Shown one piece after another: positions 13,911 through 30,324 of a stretch of 64,000 nt of DNA. Every line of letters begins with the position of its first letter. The first letter of the stretch is position 1. The position numbers were made by a program, and so were the translations under genes. The notes beneath the pieces are model-generated. The model did no database searches and was not told the origin of the DNA. It worked only from the letters and a program-made list of their open reading frames with translations. Origin of the DNA: the human T2T-CHM13v2.0 reference genome, Homo sapiens; NCBI RefSeq assembly GCF_009914755.1, contig NC_060931.1; one strand, 5' to 3'.

Positions 13911-14454
13911 GTATAGTGTTCCTTAATGTGAGTTATGAAGATCAAAATACAGCAAAGAGAAGATTTCAGAGATTTAAAAGTGATAATTTTTACTGAAATT
14001 TGGAAATATGTCTCCATATTTTAACTTTATTTTATAAAAAAGAATTACTCTGTTTTTTGAAATGGCCAAGCATTAAGTAATATATGACCGTGAATTTCTT
14101 GAGGGTGGGAAATGTGACTGGATTTTATATTTCGATTGTATCACATGCAGCCTCACACATTGCGCTCAACAAAAGAAACAAAAAAGGAAGATCCTTTAGC
14201 CCAGTGTTTCCAAATACACAAATTTTCTGGACTAAAAGAGTATATTTGAAAAGCAAGTATAAAGCAAGTTGGTAAGAATCAGATGACCGTGTGGAGTAAA
14301 TGATTCATTTTCCAATCTTTACAACAGCTTCATGAGTATCACTACATTGGTAAGGATTTTTGAAATAGGCATATTATTATTTCAAGTTTTTAATATTTTT
14401 GGTTTGATCATCTTTAGAAAGTAACCCCAAGGACTGTGTACTCAGTTTTAGTAA

Positions 14455-14807
14455 GTCAGGTCATATATTGAATTCTCTGGGAAGCATATTATGAGATGGA
14501 GATTAGCATTCAGTATATAATTATTAGGGGACCATTTTTGAGATCAAACCTTTGGAAGGGAAAGAAAGAAAGCAGAATTGGGGAGAGGGATGTAGTTTCA
14601 ATGGAGGCCTCACAGACCTCATGGGAGCTCTGAAGCAAAGTGGCTCTTCAAGTTCTCCCTTATTCATGCAAGAGTTCAGACCTTTATACTTCTGCATTGA
14701 TCATTGGATGAAGGCTATTCTAGAAAGTCTCTCTTCAACTTAGTAGCTGGAAAGATAAGTCCTTCATCCCAGAAGTGTGTTTGGGCAACATATCACAGCA
14801 TCCACTA
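14455..14807. mobile_element. LTR16-like ERVL LTR
   Basis: 'ctgggaagca...tgagatggagattagc...gaaagcagaattggg...catgggagctctg...cacagcatccactaca'. Confidence 0.6.
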
Positions 14808-14989
14808 CACTTAGAATAGTTAGAACCCATGGCCAAGCTTGGTGGCATGCATATGTCATCCTGGCAGTTTGGGAGGCCAAGGTGGGTGGATCGCTTGACT
14901 CCAAGAGTTTGAGAATAGATTAGAACCTAAAGTACCATAAAAAGGCTATCCCAGTCCTGGTCCAAACCACCCGTCTTTCCAGGACTACA

Positions 14990-15560
14990 ATTAGAGACAC
15001 ATCTTTGCTCTTTCTATTTCCATCCTTGCCCTCATCTAGTCAAGTCTCCCCAGGACAGACAAAGCAAGCTGTGAAATGTAAACCAGATAGTCTCAATACC
15101 CTGCCTAAAAACTTCCAGTGGCTTTCAACTGAAAGAAAGAAAATCCAAATTCATTACTGTGGTCACTAGTCTCTGCTTGACCTAACTCTTATCTATGTCT
15201 GCAACATTATTTTTGCTACTTTTCACCTCACATATTATGTTTCTGACCTGTTGACCTCCTGTCAGTTTCTCAAACATGCCAGGTTATCTCCTGGTTGAGG
15301 GCATTTGCACATCCTGAGTCCTCAGCCAGGCAAGCACACCTCCTCACTTTCTCTGTGACTGCTTTCTTCTTATTATTTAGATCAAATCCCCATAGAGGCC
15401 TTCCACGACAATTCCATTTTATGCAGACCTCCAGTAGTCTTCATCTGTCATGTCACTGTATTTTCCTTCATGATCTTATTACAAACTGTAATTATCTTGC
15501 TTATTTAATTGTTTCTATATTTCCTCTCTTCCTCTGTTGGAATGAAAGCTCCATGAGTCA
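14990..15560 (+). mobile_element. L2 fragment
   Basis: 'aaaacttccagtggctt...aaaatccaaattc...ctcaaacatgccagg...gggcatttgcacat'. Confidence 0.65.
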
Positions 15561-15669
15561 TTTTCCCACTTTATACCTCTTTCTAGAATAGATCTTTGAT
15601 AAGTTTCATTATTTGTTACTAAATGAAGGTTTTGAGCTATCTTACATGACCTACCTGTTTGACTTATTT

Positions 15670-16353
15670 TTAATATTACAGCTTTATTAAAACATAATTC
15701 ACTTAGCATAAAATTCACCATTTTAAAGTGTATGACTCAGTGTTATTTTACTATATTCAGAGATTTATGCAACTGTCAGCATTATCAAATCGTAGGACAT
15801 TCTCATCACCTCAGAAAGAAACCTCATTCTCATTAGCAGTCTCTCACTACCTCCCCCTACTCTGTAGTCCCTGGTAACCTTATTCTTTCTGTTTCTATAG
15901 ATGTTCTTATTCTGGACATTTCATATAAATTGAGTAATACAGTGTTGTGCCTTTTATATAAGGCTTATTTCACTTAGCATAATGTTTTCAAGGTTTACCC
16001 ATATTGCAGCATGTATCAGTACTTCATTCCTTTTTCTGGCCAAATAATATTCTGTTGTTTGGGTATGCTAGTTTTTATTTATCCATTCGGTAGTTGATGG
16101 ACATTTAGGTTGTTTCCACTTTTTGGCTTATGAATAATGCTGCTCTGAGCATTCATGTTTTCATGTGGACATGTTTTCAGTTCTGTTAGATAAAAACTTA
16201 GGAGTCATATAATTTTATGTGTAACATTTTGAGAAATGGCCAAACTGTTTTCAAAGTCTCTGTACCATTTTAAAATCCCACCATCACTGTAAGGAGATTT
16301 TAGCTATCCTAAGTGGGTATGAAGTGATATTTCATTATGCTTTTTATTTTCAT
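15670..16353 (-). mobile_element. L1MB-type 3' end
   Basis: 'aaaattcaccattttaaagtgta...tattctggacatttcatataaat...gtatcagtacttcattcctttt'. Confidence 0.85.
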
Positions 16354-17832
<1,479 letters not shown>

Positions 17833-18263
17833 AAGGGCATGATTGTGTTTTGATTTGTGAGTAGAGGAAATTTGGGAGGGGCTGAAGTGGAATGATATGG
17901 TTTGGCTGTGTTCTCACTCAAATATCATCTTGAATTGTAGTTCCCATAATCCCCAGGTGTTGGAGCGATCAGATGGAGATAATTGAATCATGGCATGGTT
18001 TCTCCCATCCTGTTTTCATGATAGTCAGTGAGTTCTCATGAGATCTAATGGCTTATAAGGGGGTCCCTCCTTTGCTGGACATTCATTCTTCTCCTTGCTG
18101 CTCCCATGTGAAGAAGGACATGTTTGCTTCCCCTTCCACCATGATTGTAAGTTTCCTGCGGCCTCTCCAGCCATGCTGAACTGTGAGTCAATTAAACCTC
18201 TTCTTTATAAATTACTCAGTCTTGGGTATGTCTTTATTAGCAGCATGAGAATGAACTAATACA
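17833..18263 (+). mobile_element. Second THE1 (C/D-like): 60 bp of internal end plus LTR (17893-18263)
   Basis: 'tttgggaggggctgaagtggaa|tgatatggtttggctgtg ... gaactaataca'. Confidence 0.88.
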
Positions 18264-20505
18264 GGAGCTTATTTCTCTTTTGCTAGGAAGCTTAGTTTGG
18301 CTGGATATGAAATTCTGGATTGGAAATCCTTTTCTTTAAGAATGTTGAATATTGGCCCCTAATGTCTGCTAGCTTGTAGGGTTTCTATTGAAAGGTCCAC
18401 TTTTAGTCTGATGGGCTTACCTTTGTAGGTCACCTGGTCTTTCTTTCTGGCTGCCCGTAACATTTTTTCTTTCCTTTTGATCTTGGAGAATCTGATGCTT
18501 ATGTGTCTTGGGGTTGATTTTCTCATGGAGTGTCTTACTGGGGTTCTCTGCATTTCCTGAATTCAATGTTGGCCTGTCTTGTTAGGTTGGGGAAGTTCTC
18601 CTTGATGGCATCCTGAAGTATGTTTTTCAACTTTGTTTCATTCTCCCTGTCTCTTTCAGGTACCGCAATCACTCTCTTTACATAATCCCATAGTTCTCAG
18701 AGGTTTTGTTCACTCCTTTTCATTCTTTTTTCTCTAGTGTGTGCCTGTCTTATTTCAGAAAGAGTTTACAAGCTCTGAGATTCTTTCCTCTGCTGTCTGT
18801 TCTGCTGTTGATACTTGTGATTGCATTATGAAGTTCTCATCTTGTGTTTTTCAGCTCCATCAGGTCAGTTATGTTCTTCTCCATACTGGCTATTTTGGCT
18901 GTTGGCTGCTGTATTGTTTTATCATGATTCTTAGCTTCTTTGCATTGTGTTACAACATGCTTCTTTTGCTCAGTAAAGTTTGTTATTAGCCACCTTAGCA
19001 AGCCTACTTCTGTCAATTCATCCATCTTAGCCTTAGCCCACTTCTGTGCCCCCTGCTGGAGAGGTGTTATGGTCATTTGGAGGAGAACAGGCACTCTGGC
19101 TTTTGAGTTTTAAGTGTTTTTGCATCGATTCTTTCTCATCTTTGTGGGCTTATCTACCTTTGATGTTTGAGGTTGCTGACTTCAAAGATGGGGTTTTTGA
19201 ATGGGGTCTTGAAGTCTTTTTTGTTGTTGGTGTTCTTGTTTTATGCCTGATTTTCTTTTAACAGTCAGGTCACTCTACCATAGGGCTGCTGCAGTTTGCT
19301 GGGGGTTTGCTCCAGACCCCAGTTGCCTCAGTTTTTCCTTTACCTGGAGGTATTACCAGTGATGGCTGCGAAACAGGAAAGATGGCAGCCAAATTTTTGC
19401 CCTGGAAGCTGTATGTCCCAGGGAAGTACTGACTTGTTACCTGCCTGAATACAACTGTAGGAGGTGGCTGGAGACCCCTGTTCGGAGGTCTCACCCAGTC
19501 AGGAGGAATGGGATCAGGGACCTGTTTAAAGAAGCAGTCTGGCTGCTTTTTGGTAGAGGAGGTGTGCTGCGTTGGGGGAAACCCTTCCTCATCTGGTCTG
19601 TTTGTATTCTCCAAAGCCAGCAGGCTAGAATGTCTGAGTTAACCAAACTGCAGAAATGGCGGCTGCCACTCTCCATGGGAGCTTCATCCCAGGGAGGGAT
19701 AAGCTCTATCTGTAGGACCCTTCTGGAGTGGCTGCAGCAGCGAGATCCCATCCAGTGAGGAGGAAATCGATCGGGGTCCCACTTAAAGAAGCAGTCTGGC
19801 CACGTTCTGGCAAAACAGTTGTGCTGCATTGTGGGGTCCCTTCCTTCTCCAGACCCTTTGAATTTTCCAAAGCCAGCAGGCTGGAGCGGCTGAGTCTACC
19901 TAAACGCAGAGATGATGGCCACTCCTCCCTCTGGGAACTCGGACCCGCCTCAGGCAGATTCCAGCTTGCTGCTGTTGGCTGGTTGGAATTTCAGGCCAGT
20001 GGGTCTTAACTTATGAGGTGCCGTGGAATTGGGGTCCACAGAACAACGCTGCTTGGCTCCCTGTATTCAGCCCCCTTCCTAAAGATATGTATGGGCAGGT
20101 TTCCTGCCTTACCAGGGATCCCGGGGCCAGAGTATGTAAAACTCCTGGGTCTCTGTGTACCTGAGCAGCTACCCTGCTGAGAATCCACACAGCTCTGTGT
20201 ATCAGACCCAAGTCCCTGGTGGTGTGGGCTCACAAGGGGATCTCCTGATGTGCGGGTTGCAAAGATCCACGGGAAAAGCTGGTTTCCCGGGTAGGATCAC
20301 ACAGTCACCACTTTCCTTGGCTGAGGGTGGGGGTTCCTTTGGCTCTGTTCCGCTCCTGGATGGGCTGTCACCCCTGGGTTGAGCTGTTTGCCTAGTCAGT
20401 CCCAATGGGAGAACTTGGATATTTCAGTCGAAGGTGCTGAATTCACTTGCCCCGTTCACATTCCTCTTTGTGAGTGCTGTGGACTGCAGCTGCTTCTGGT
20501 TGTCT
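18264..20505 (-). mobile_element. Older primate L1 (L1PA13-16/L1PREC2-like): 5' UTR and disrupted ORF1
   Basis: ORF1p remnants (STPRHISIRFSKIKRKEKMLRAARKKDQVTYKGKPIRL; MDELTEVG...CKEAKNHDK) and a GC-richer 5' UTR. Confidence 0.88.
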
Positions 20506-20674
20506 TCTATTTCTTCTAAATTTTTAAAAGTTAATCAGTGTTAGAAAAATTAATCAAAAGTGGCTTTAGGGAAAATGTTTATACTGTGATTTCATATGCA
20601 CTGTCCGGGAGTCATGTGTACCTAAGAGAGGAAGAACTGGACCCATTTCTTCTTTAAAAATATAATTTGTTTCT

Positions 20675-20990
20675 GCCGGGCACGATGGCTCACGCCTGTA
20701 ATCCCAGCACTTTGGGAGGCCAGGGAGGGCAGATCACCTGAGGTCAGGAGTTCGAGACCAGCCTTGCCAACATGGCAAAACCTCTTCTCTACTAAAAATA
20801 CAAAAATTAGCTGGACGTAGTGGTGGGTGTCTGTAATCCCAGCTACTCGGGAGGCTGAGGCAGGAGAATCACTTGAACCCAGGAGGCGGGGGTTGCAGTG
20901 AGCTGAGATCGTGTCATCTCCAGCCTGGGCGACTGGAGCGAAACTCAGTTTCAAAAATAAATAAAATAAAATAAAATAAAATAAAATAAA
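20675..20990 (+). mobile_element. AluSx-like
   Basis: Dimeric Alu with a (TAAAA)n tail. Confidence 0.93.
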
Positions 20991-22242
20991 ATATATATAT
21001 ATATTCTTTGTTTCCTTCTGCAAAGTATTGGAGATTAGTGCAGACAGGATCTTAAAATCAACTTTATTTTTATATTGTTTTCCTATCTTAAGTGTTTTGT
21101 GTGTGTTCTGCTTTCACGTCTGCTGTGTTTCTGCTAAGAAGGCATGCCATATTATTGAACTGACATTTTATTTCAATATTAGTAACAAGATAGCTAATGA
21201 GTTTGTAAAGGAAAGAAATAAAATTCACTTTTGTTGAACACCTCTTATATGCCAACTATTCTTTAATTTGCAAACAAAATCTTGTGAATTGGTGGTTTTT
21301 TACCCTCACAGATGAAAAAACTGGCTTTGTGAGAATCAGAATCATACCTAAAATTTCATTTTTCCATTGAGGTAGCATGAAAATCTAGATATTTTGACCT
21401 GAAGGCCAATAGACATGCTGAAAAAGAAAAAAAAAAACAAGGAGTTTGACATTTAAAATTCAACTTTCAAGTGTGTTCCGATATATTTTGTCTTTCCTCT
21501 TCCAAGTATTTTTGTTTTTTCTGTAGTTGTTTTTTACCCTGCCTCTTTCTAGAATAGTCTTAAGGCAACTTAGAATACATAAAACACAAGATGGCATAAA
21601 TTAAGAATAGAATAAGACAGAAAAACAAGGGTGGGGAAAGTCTTTTTCTGAGAAAAACAACAACAACATCCTGTAAATGAATATTGCCGGGAGACTGGAA
21701 AACATTTGAGCTGGAAAAGGCTGTGGAAGTAAATGGGCTTTCTTGGTGCCAGCTTTGGCATCTGCTCCAGTCACAATATATGTGAGAAAGTGAAGTCTTG
21801 TTTGCTTTTGCTTCCTTTAAGTGCTGAAGCAGTGTCATGTACATGGTAAGCCCTTGATAAATGGTTGCTGAATTTGACTTACAGAAGACCTTTATGGTCA
21901 GCATTCCAGTGTTACTAAACTGGATAGAATTTTTTTTAAAGGCAGTCAGGAATTTTAGATTTCTCTGTTAGTGGTATTTGTTACATACACTATCCCATTG
22001 TTTTCTGGATCTATACTATAAAATCTTATTTCAGAACTGCTTATTAACTCATCTTATTTACATAGGTATTTCTAGAAATTGCCTCATACTAGGAGTGTTA
22101 CAGGAAGAAATATGTTTTTCTGGTTGAGTAGGTCTGTAAGCTTTGTGCATCTGGAGGCTGCACCAGGATCATTTGCTCTCCATTTCAAATATTGTCTTTA
22201 CTGGTTTTAAAACAATAACTGTACATTTTGGAGAATTTAAAA

Positions 22243-22693
22243 TTCATAAATAGAAAACATTTCAGTTTGTAAGCATCTGAAGAGTATCAACAGATATAAA
22301 GTTTGTTTACTTAAATAATATTCACAATAACTTAGTAATGTCAGTTGACATAATCTTGATTCTTATTTGACCTACATAATTTGTAAACATATATAATTAA
22401 TGTATTCCCATGGGCTAAATTTTATCTCACAGCTTCATATCTTATATATCTTTAAAAACTATATTAATGTTTATAGCAATTTGAATTTGTCATTTTAAAA
22501 ACTAAGTATTACTTCTGAGTTTATCCTCAGTTGACTCTTCAATATGACCCAACTCTTAGTTACCTAAGCCATTTTATTTATTTAGACTCAAGCTTGATTT
22601 GAATGCTATGATGAAAACTACATATAATAGTATAAAAATATTTTAAGTTAATCATTGTTATAACAATTAATAAGAATTGGCTTTAGGGAAAAT
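22243..22693 (+). repeat. Diverged direct repeat copy B (uninterrupted)
   Basis: Matches 16354-16760 and then 20521-20576 ('aagttaatca...tggctttagggaaaat'). Confidence 0.9.
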
Positions 22694-25528
22694 CTGTTAA
22701 CTTAGCAAATGTTGATACGCAAAGAAGCAGGGATTTGAACCACACCAGAGCTCTGAACTTGCAACAGATTTAGTAAAGATATGCTCACCTAAGTAAAGAA
22801 GACTATAGGAGAAAATATGCTTTTAAATCTTCTGAGTTAATTTTGTGGAAAGGAAAGTGAGAGCATAGGATACTACCACAAATTTCTGTAGGATACACTT
22901 ATTTATTAAACTGTAATTTTTCTTCTGAAATGTTATCAGTCTCATCTTCAAGATTTTTCTGTAGTGACCACATTTTATACATTTTGAATGTTTGCTCCAT
23001 GTGAGATTTCAGTCTTTGTAATTAGTTTGTTGTTCACTTACTCTTCATGATATCACTATTCTTATTCCCATTTTACTTAGGCACAGAGAGATTAGATGAC
23101 TACCTTAAGGTCACTCTCAGGGGCAGAGTATAAAACCAAGCAATTTGATCAAGAGCTCACAGTCCTACTATACAGCACACAAGTGGACACATTTTTATCC
23201 CTAAAATTATGACTTAAACAGCAAAAGTAGAATTTACAAGACTTTTTTCATTTAGACTTCTTAGGGTCATGAATTTGGCAAACCAAAGCCTATCTGCAAC
23301 TGAGATTTTAGAGATTAAAACCAAAGAAGTAACTGTGTAATATTTTATACAGATTCTTACTGCTTTAAGAAAATCATCTTATATCCTTTTTACCATGGCT
23401 ACTGAAGTTCAGAGGCCTGTAATAAACTAGTATGTTGTATATACTGAGATGCAGTAACAATCAAGACACGGTATAGGCTGATGTACCTCAGGCTGGTGTG
23501 GAGGGCCACAGAGCTCTGCAGGTTGGCCCTACCTCTGCTGGGGTCGTTGCTCAGTCACTGCCTTCCCCCCTTACTCCTGCTGACAAAACCCATTCTTTTC
23601 CTTCTGCTTACTTTACTCCCAAACTTTGCATAACTCTGGGCTCAGTATGCAATTTTTAAGCATTTTGTTAGTTTCCTAGGGAGCAAAACAACTCTCACAT
23701 CAGTGGGGAAAATGCCATCTATTCTATGATGATATCCTAGTAGTGATAATCTTTCAGAAATATAAAAAGTGCTATTTCTTTTGGTCTAAGCTAGATGACA
23801 ATTTATGAGAATTTGTTTAAAATTACTGGTTTTCAGCTTTTTAAAGCATTTTGGATATAGTTTATATTTGAAACATATTAAAATAATCCATCTTGAGTTG
23901 CACTATTAATATTTTTTAGAATTGATATTTGTAAAGCATTTTAAATGTAGGAGGCACCTTATAAGGACTAAGTATTATTATTAATGTGAATCCTTAATAA
24001 TTAATTATATTACAAGAAAATCAGTGATACTTTTGATATTTAATCTTTAATACTCAATTGTATTAAAAGAACACAAATACTTCTTTTGTTGTTTTATCGT
24101 GGGGAAGGAAATGGTTATTACCCAGAACTGATAAGATCCAATTAATCTGCAGAAGTGGTTTTGTCACATCAATCCCCATTTTACATTGAAATTTGTTTGC
24201 AATCATTAATTAAGTTAAATTTATTACAGATTTTTCAGTATTTACATGATTTTTTATGGTTTCAAGATAATAAAATTTGCATATTTCTGTATGCCAGATT
24301 ACTAGGTTCAACCATAAGAAAATTTCTGTTTTTTAAGTTCAAAATGGTTACATATCTGAAGATTATGTAAGCCTATAATTTTTTTGTTGTAATCCATATA
24401 TTGAAATACTACGGTTTATAGTCTGAAATCCATGATAAAGAAAATGCAGGTGTATTCCTCTTTCTAGCTCCTTACTGATGTACCATTAGTACAGTGTGTA
24501 CTTAGCATTGGTTAAGATACTGCTTTTTTTTTTTTCTTCTCTGTCATATCCCTGGGCCTGAATGGTACCTGGCACATAGAAGTTCAGTAAATACTGAATC
24601 AATGAATGAATACGAATAGACGGTCTTACAGTACAAAATCTATATAGATTTCTACCCCCACTTTATCAGACCACTCTGATAAAATCAAGCAATTTCCCAT
24701 CCAAAATTTGGAAATTTCTGAGAGACAGACACAGGTGCCAGGCAGATAGAGTTCAAAATAACTGTTTTATTACCTCAGTAGAGTCTGAATTGGAGGACAT
24801 GCATTATATATGCAGATAAAACAGGCTTCACCTCTAAATTAGACATTATACCTACCTAGCCACTGGCAGAGCTGGGCATTCACAATCCTCTATCACAGAG
24901 GCAGGGACAAAAACAGGCCTGAATTCATCTTCTTTACAGAAAGAATTGAACTGAGAAAAAGGAATTGAGCTGTCCATGTTCAGTATATTTTCTTAAACTT
25001 CCCAGTCAGACGATTCTCTGCCCCTCTTATAGTAAGAAGTGAAGGGACAGAATGAAGCTAATGGCATTTCTTGATCAAAAGTCGCCTCATGAACATGTGC
25101 GGCGAAAGGAATAGAGCTTCCACACAAGACACTCTCATTAAACATAAATTCCTCCAATCAATTATACTATGAATTTTTCCTGAAGTTTTTCTGTTCGGCA
25201 TTTATGAGATCCAATTCAAATTGCTATTATATATACCAATATTTGTAAGTCACTGCAGTCAATATTTTTCATGGTAGTTGACACTGAACTGATCTAATAC
25301 AGTGGAAGCTTGTGCAGCGTAAGTTTAAGAGTTAAAAATAATAAGAAAAGCATTTTTAGATTTTGTATTATGTTTACATTTTATATATTTTTATATATTG
25401 TATATGTAATATATGCCTTCACTGCAATTTTGGTTTCTAGTAGAGAATTTTGAACACATTTGCTTTATGTTTTATAGGTGATATTATTTTATAAATCTCT
25501 TAGTTTAATCTCTTAAGTGTACGTCTCT

Positions 25529-25608
25529 GATTTCTGGTGTCTGAGTTTCTATGCTATTCTATTGTGTGGATTTCTGGTGTCTGAATTGCTATGCTGTTCA
25601 ATTTTGTG
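25529..25608. repeat. Tandem duplication, 2 x 40 bp (5 differences)
   Basis: gatttctggtgtctgagtttctatgctattctattgtgtg / gatttctggtgtctgaattgctatgctgttcaattttgtg. Confidence 0.88.
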
Positions 25609-28600
25609 GATCATTATTACGAGATAAAATACTGAGTCTTCCACATTCTCTGTTTCCACTTTCCATCTCAAACAAGATGAAACAAAAGAAAACTACATGA
25701 AGCAAATGGATTACTAATGTCTGGTTTTATCCAAATTTCTTAAGTAAATTATTCTGGCCAGAATGAAATCTAGGCATTAGCAGTTTAAAATATAATAACA
25801 ATATTCTGATTTGATAATTTTAAAAATAATCCCCTTATTGACATTAAAGTCCTTCTAATCAATTGGCAACTACATTCATGATTATGGTTTGAGTGTTATT
25901 TATCACCAAATAGAACAGATAATGTTTTAAAATAACTATTTGAAGGATAGAATTGTAAGCTAGGTCATTATAGGAGATAATATCTTCCAGTCTATACCTT
26001 GGAATTAACAAAAAAGGAAGTAAAACGCATGGTTTGTAGAAATTGATATTATCAGTTTATTGTCATTAAAAAATGGGATTGGCAGGCCCTCTGTAGGGGG
26101 CCTTGAAGAATAGCATTTATTTCCTGTCATGGTCTGGGCTCTGGCCCTAAGCCTGTAAAATGGACCTGCTTCTTTGAGAATAGATTTGTGTTAACTTCTC
26201 GGTTTAAATTAGTGTTTAAGACTAAAAAGATTAATTTATTGATTTACTGTGAGCAATTATTTTACTAGGAACAAAATGGTTAGAAAACCTAAGATCCATG
26301 AGTTCTATTTGTGTGTGTAGAATCAGTTTATTAACTTAAAATGAGGAATTTGGTCATGAGACACTTTTTTTTTTCCTATAGGCAGAGAAACACTGGAAGC
26401 TAGATAACAATAATTATAATCACAAGGTTGTCTGGTAGTTGTGTAATCCAAATTAAAAGGAGGTTGATATGTCAGATATTTTATGGCATTGGGCCAAACA
26501 ATCTGGTGTAACTGTACCATAGGTGTGGTCTTGCCACTGGAATCAGAGTAATGAAGTCTAATGGGTACCACAATTCCTGCTAATTAGAGGCAGATAACTC
26601 CAAATCTGCTATATAACATGCTCTATCCACAGATAGTGCTTAAGTGAGTATTCTCAGTTATTTCCATGACTTGTTTTATTCTGTGCTTTTCATGCATAGA
26701 AATGAAATCTATATGGGAAAGGTGATGGAGTAAACACAAATAAAAACTACTTTAATTTTAGCAAGTATCCCAATAGTGTTGTCTACTGAATGATTGATTC
26801 TTGGTCCCTCTCTGAGTAAGACCCCTTCTCAGCTTAGGCATGGATGGCCATGATAGTAGGTTTTATTACAGCTTTTATGATTTTAAGATCATACTTTGTA
26901 CACATGTGATACCTTTACTACATTACAGTGAATAGTTATTGTATCTGTTTTCTCTATTAGACTGTGAGGACTCTGTCCCCCATACCTCAGAAAGTGCTAA
27001 CACTCATAAACATTGGCTGAAATGATCTTAATCCTGAAAATGAATTAACTTGCCGATGTACTATTAGTCTACAATATGAAGTGTTAATTTTAGACCTTTG
27101 TTTTAAAAACCTTGCTGTAATTGTGTTACAGTACCCTCTACTCTCCAAATACAAAATGACATCTCTCTGCCCACACGTTCTCAAATTCATGGGTTAGATA
27201 CATATATTGTTAGAGTAGTAGATGTGGCCCTCAGCTTTACCCCCAGAAAAATTATTCTTTGCACTACATCCCTGTTCACCAAGCAGCAGTAATTACAAGG
27301 CAGTTCTTAAATATAGGTCTGGCTTATGGCAGTAGCATGTGCAAAAAATGCCCCTGGGCCATATGAAAATAATAGTTTTACACAGTGGGAGAGACTCTTC
27401 AGAGCTATGTAGTACTTAAAGACAGAAAGCTCATCAAGAAAGCCACATTCTTTATTTCTAGACATAATAAGCAGAAATGAAATTGATATGAGAAAGAAGA
27501 TAGAATAAAAACAAGTAAAAAATAATCTAAGTTAAGGAAAGTCCAATGAGTGTCAAGCACTGAATAGATTAACTATGAAAGAATAGTCTTCACTTGTCTG
27601 GCAGAATTGCAGTGTGGTTCTATTATGTGCTGTTTAAATTGCATATATTGGACACTGTCAATCATTAAGGATAGTTAGTATTATTTATCCCAAACAGCCA
27701 CATTTCTATAGCAACAGTATACATGTTTATGCAATTACGTATTATTATATCAAATCATGCTTGATATATTTTGGTACCAGCTGCCGTCCTGAACTCCTTT
27801 ACAAGTTTTATATATATTTACTGCCTAATGGAGGACCCTGCAGTCTCCTCCCCAAACCAGCTACTATTTTAGCCTGAGTTCAGGCAAGAAACATATGAAG
27901 TGAAAGACTAACTTAATATTCAGCATTGCAACTGAACCCAAACAACTGAAGTCTCAATTCATTTTAGTTTAAAAGCTACTAGTTTTCGAAAAAGATTAAT
28001 TATACTAACTTTCATAAGTAGATTGTATACTAATCAAAATTATAATTTTATAAAATTTTTCAAATACAAAAGATTATATAAAATTTTAATTATATGTTGA
28101 TTTAAACCATTTCAGTGATAAAAATTTATTATCCAATTGTAAGGAGATCATAAGGTCGATTTCAACAACAGTAAAGAAAGTGGAAACAGTTCTTTGTTGC
28201 TTAGCAGAGTTGGCTAGAAACTACAACTTTAAAAGAGTATGTTAATATATGATCTTTACCTTTTAGAACAGTATTAACATTTTAATATACTTAGAGTGGT
28301 CATGTCAAAATATTTTTTCTGCTTTTGAAGTTTTTCTTATCAATAGTAACAGCTATATTTGTTTTAAACATTGTTAGCACTTTAAACGACCTACTTTATT
28401 AGGCAAAACATTTTCCATTTTTACTTTGAGTTTTGAGTCACTTTATTTTGTGAATATAGTTTTAAAAATCTGTTTTATTTATTTGTTTTTATTAACAAGA
28501 CTGATTGCATGTATAACATATCTACACTTATATTTTAGTGAATATGATCCCTTTTTTACTTCTCTAATTTGTTACCCCTCCATTCATTGTTATTTGATGA

Positions 28601-28675
28601 ATAATTTTCGCCTTTAATCCATACATTTATTTAGTTCCATTGTCCAGCCACAGGATCATTACATTGTAACCATAG

Positions 28676-29030
<355 letters not shown>

Positions 29031-29827
29031 CTGTGAGGGTTTTTAAAAGGCTTTTTATAAAGCTTGATGGCTAGGCTTAGTTGTAGTTGTTTCTTTTTTT
29101 CTCCTAAAAATATTGCAATATAAAAAAAATAATGGGAACAAAATTCATAAACCTACCGAATTATACAATATAAGATATAGGGAAAAATATGTTAAGCCTA
29201 CAACATTACATATACAATTACATAACAGTTTCTGTTACTATATTTACATGGATTCATGACTGGAATCATGCAATTACATTTTATATTCCATTTTTTCTCT
29301 TTACATTAGAAATACTGTTTTCATAATGATTACTTTCATTGAAAATGTACTATTCTGTTTTACTCATAATGAGAATTGACTTCAAATAAACATCATTTCA
29401 GGTAATATCATTTCAGGATTTCAAGTGGCTTTAGACAGGATTTTAAGTGACTTCCCTACTTCCCTTTGGTGACTGCCCTTAGTTAATCTAATGCATGTTA
29501 TCTCTGCTTAGGAGAAGAGTGGAAGGGAAAAAACGGCATGTCAGACTTTCCTATTCAAGAATTTTTTAGTCAAAGAAACACCACCACTTTCATCACTATT
29601 ACCATATAATAATAGAAATATGTTAAATACTCACTTTAATTGAGACAGTCCTAAGGTTAGTGTATTAATGTTCTTTACATGCCTATTTTTTTCTTGAAGT
29701 ATTATTTGAAGAAGGCATCACTTCAAACTCTTTTAGACTAAAAGAAAACTCTCTCGAAGTCTTTCTAAATTCTAAATAAAATTGGTGTCATTTAAGAGGT
29801 ATTGTTTGATTATCTTTGTTCTTATAG

Positions 29828-29879
29828 TTGTGGGAGAAGTAGTAGCATAATAGTATGACAGATTTATGATAAATTTATG
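29828..29879 (+). other. Candidate 52-nt cryptic/poison exon
   Basis: tctttgttcttatAG| ... ATG|GTAAGT consensus splice sites. Confidence 0.25.
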
Positions 29880-30324
29880 GTAAGTAAATTTGCAGTGTCT
29901 GGTGATTTTTATACACCTTATAATATATTTTACAAACAGTATTTTAAATATCTGTCACCAATCTTTGGTTATTGAAGTTAAAGTTTGTGATTTTTAAATT
30001 ACTAAATTTCAGGTTTCTATGATTTTAATTTTACTGACTTGTTCTTCAGTCACTATTTTCATAATTTTGACACTAAGCCTTTGAGTCAGAATTTAATTCT
30101 GAATTATAATATTCTTCATATGGGTAAAAACAGTTTACTTTGTGGTTTTTTTATTTTATGACACAATTTTATTTATGACACAATTTCTAGGAAGTCAATG
30201 GGCAGAGGGCTGGGTACTGCCAAGACATATTTTGTACTTAAAAATGTCCTAAAAATTCATGGCCTAGAAACAAATAAGTAACTCCAATATTTTTTTAAGA
30301 AATCTCTGGGTTTGCTATACTTAG

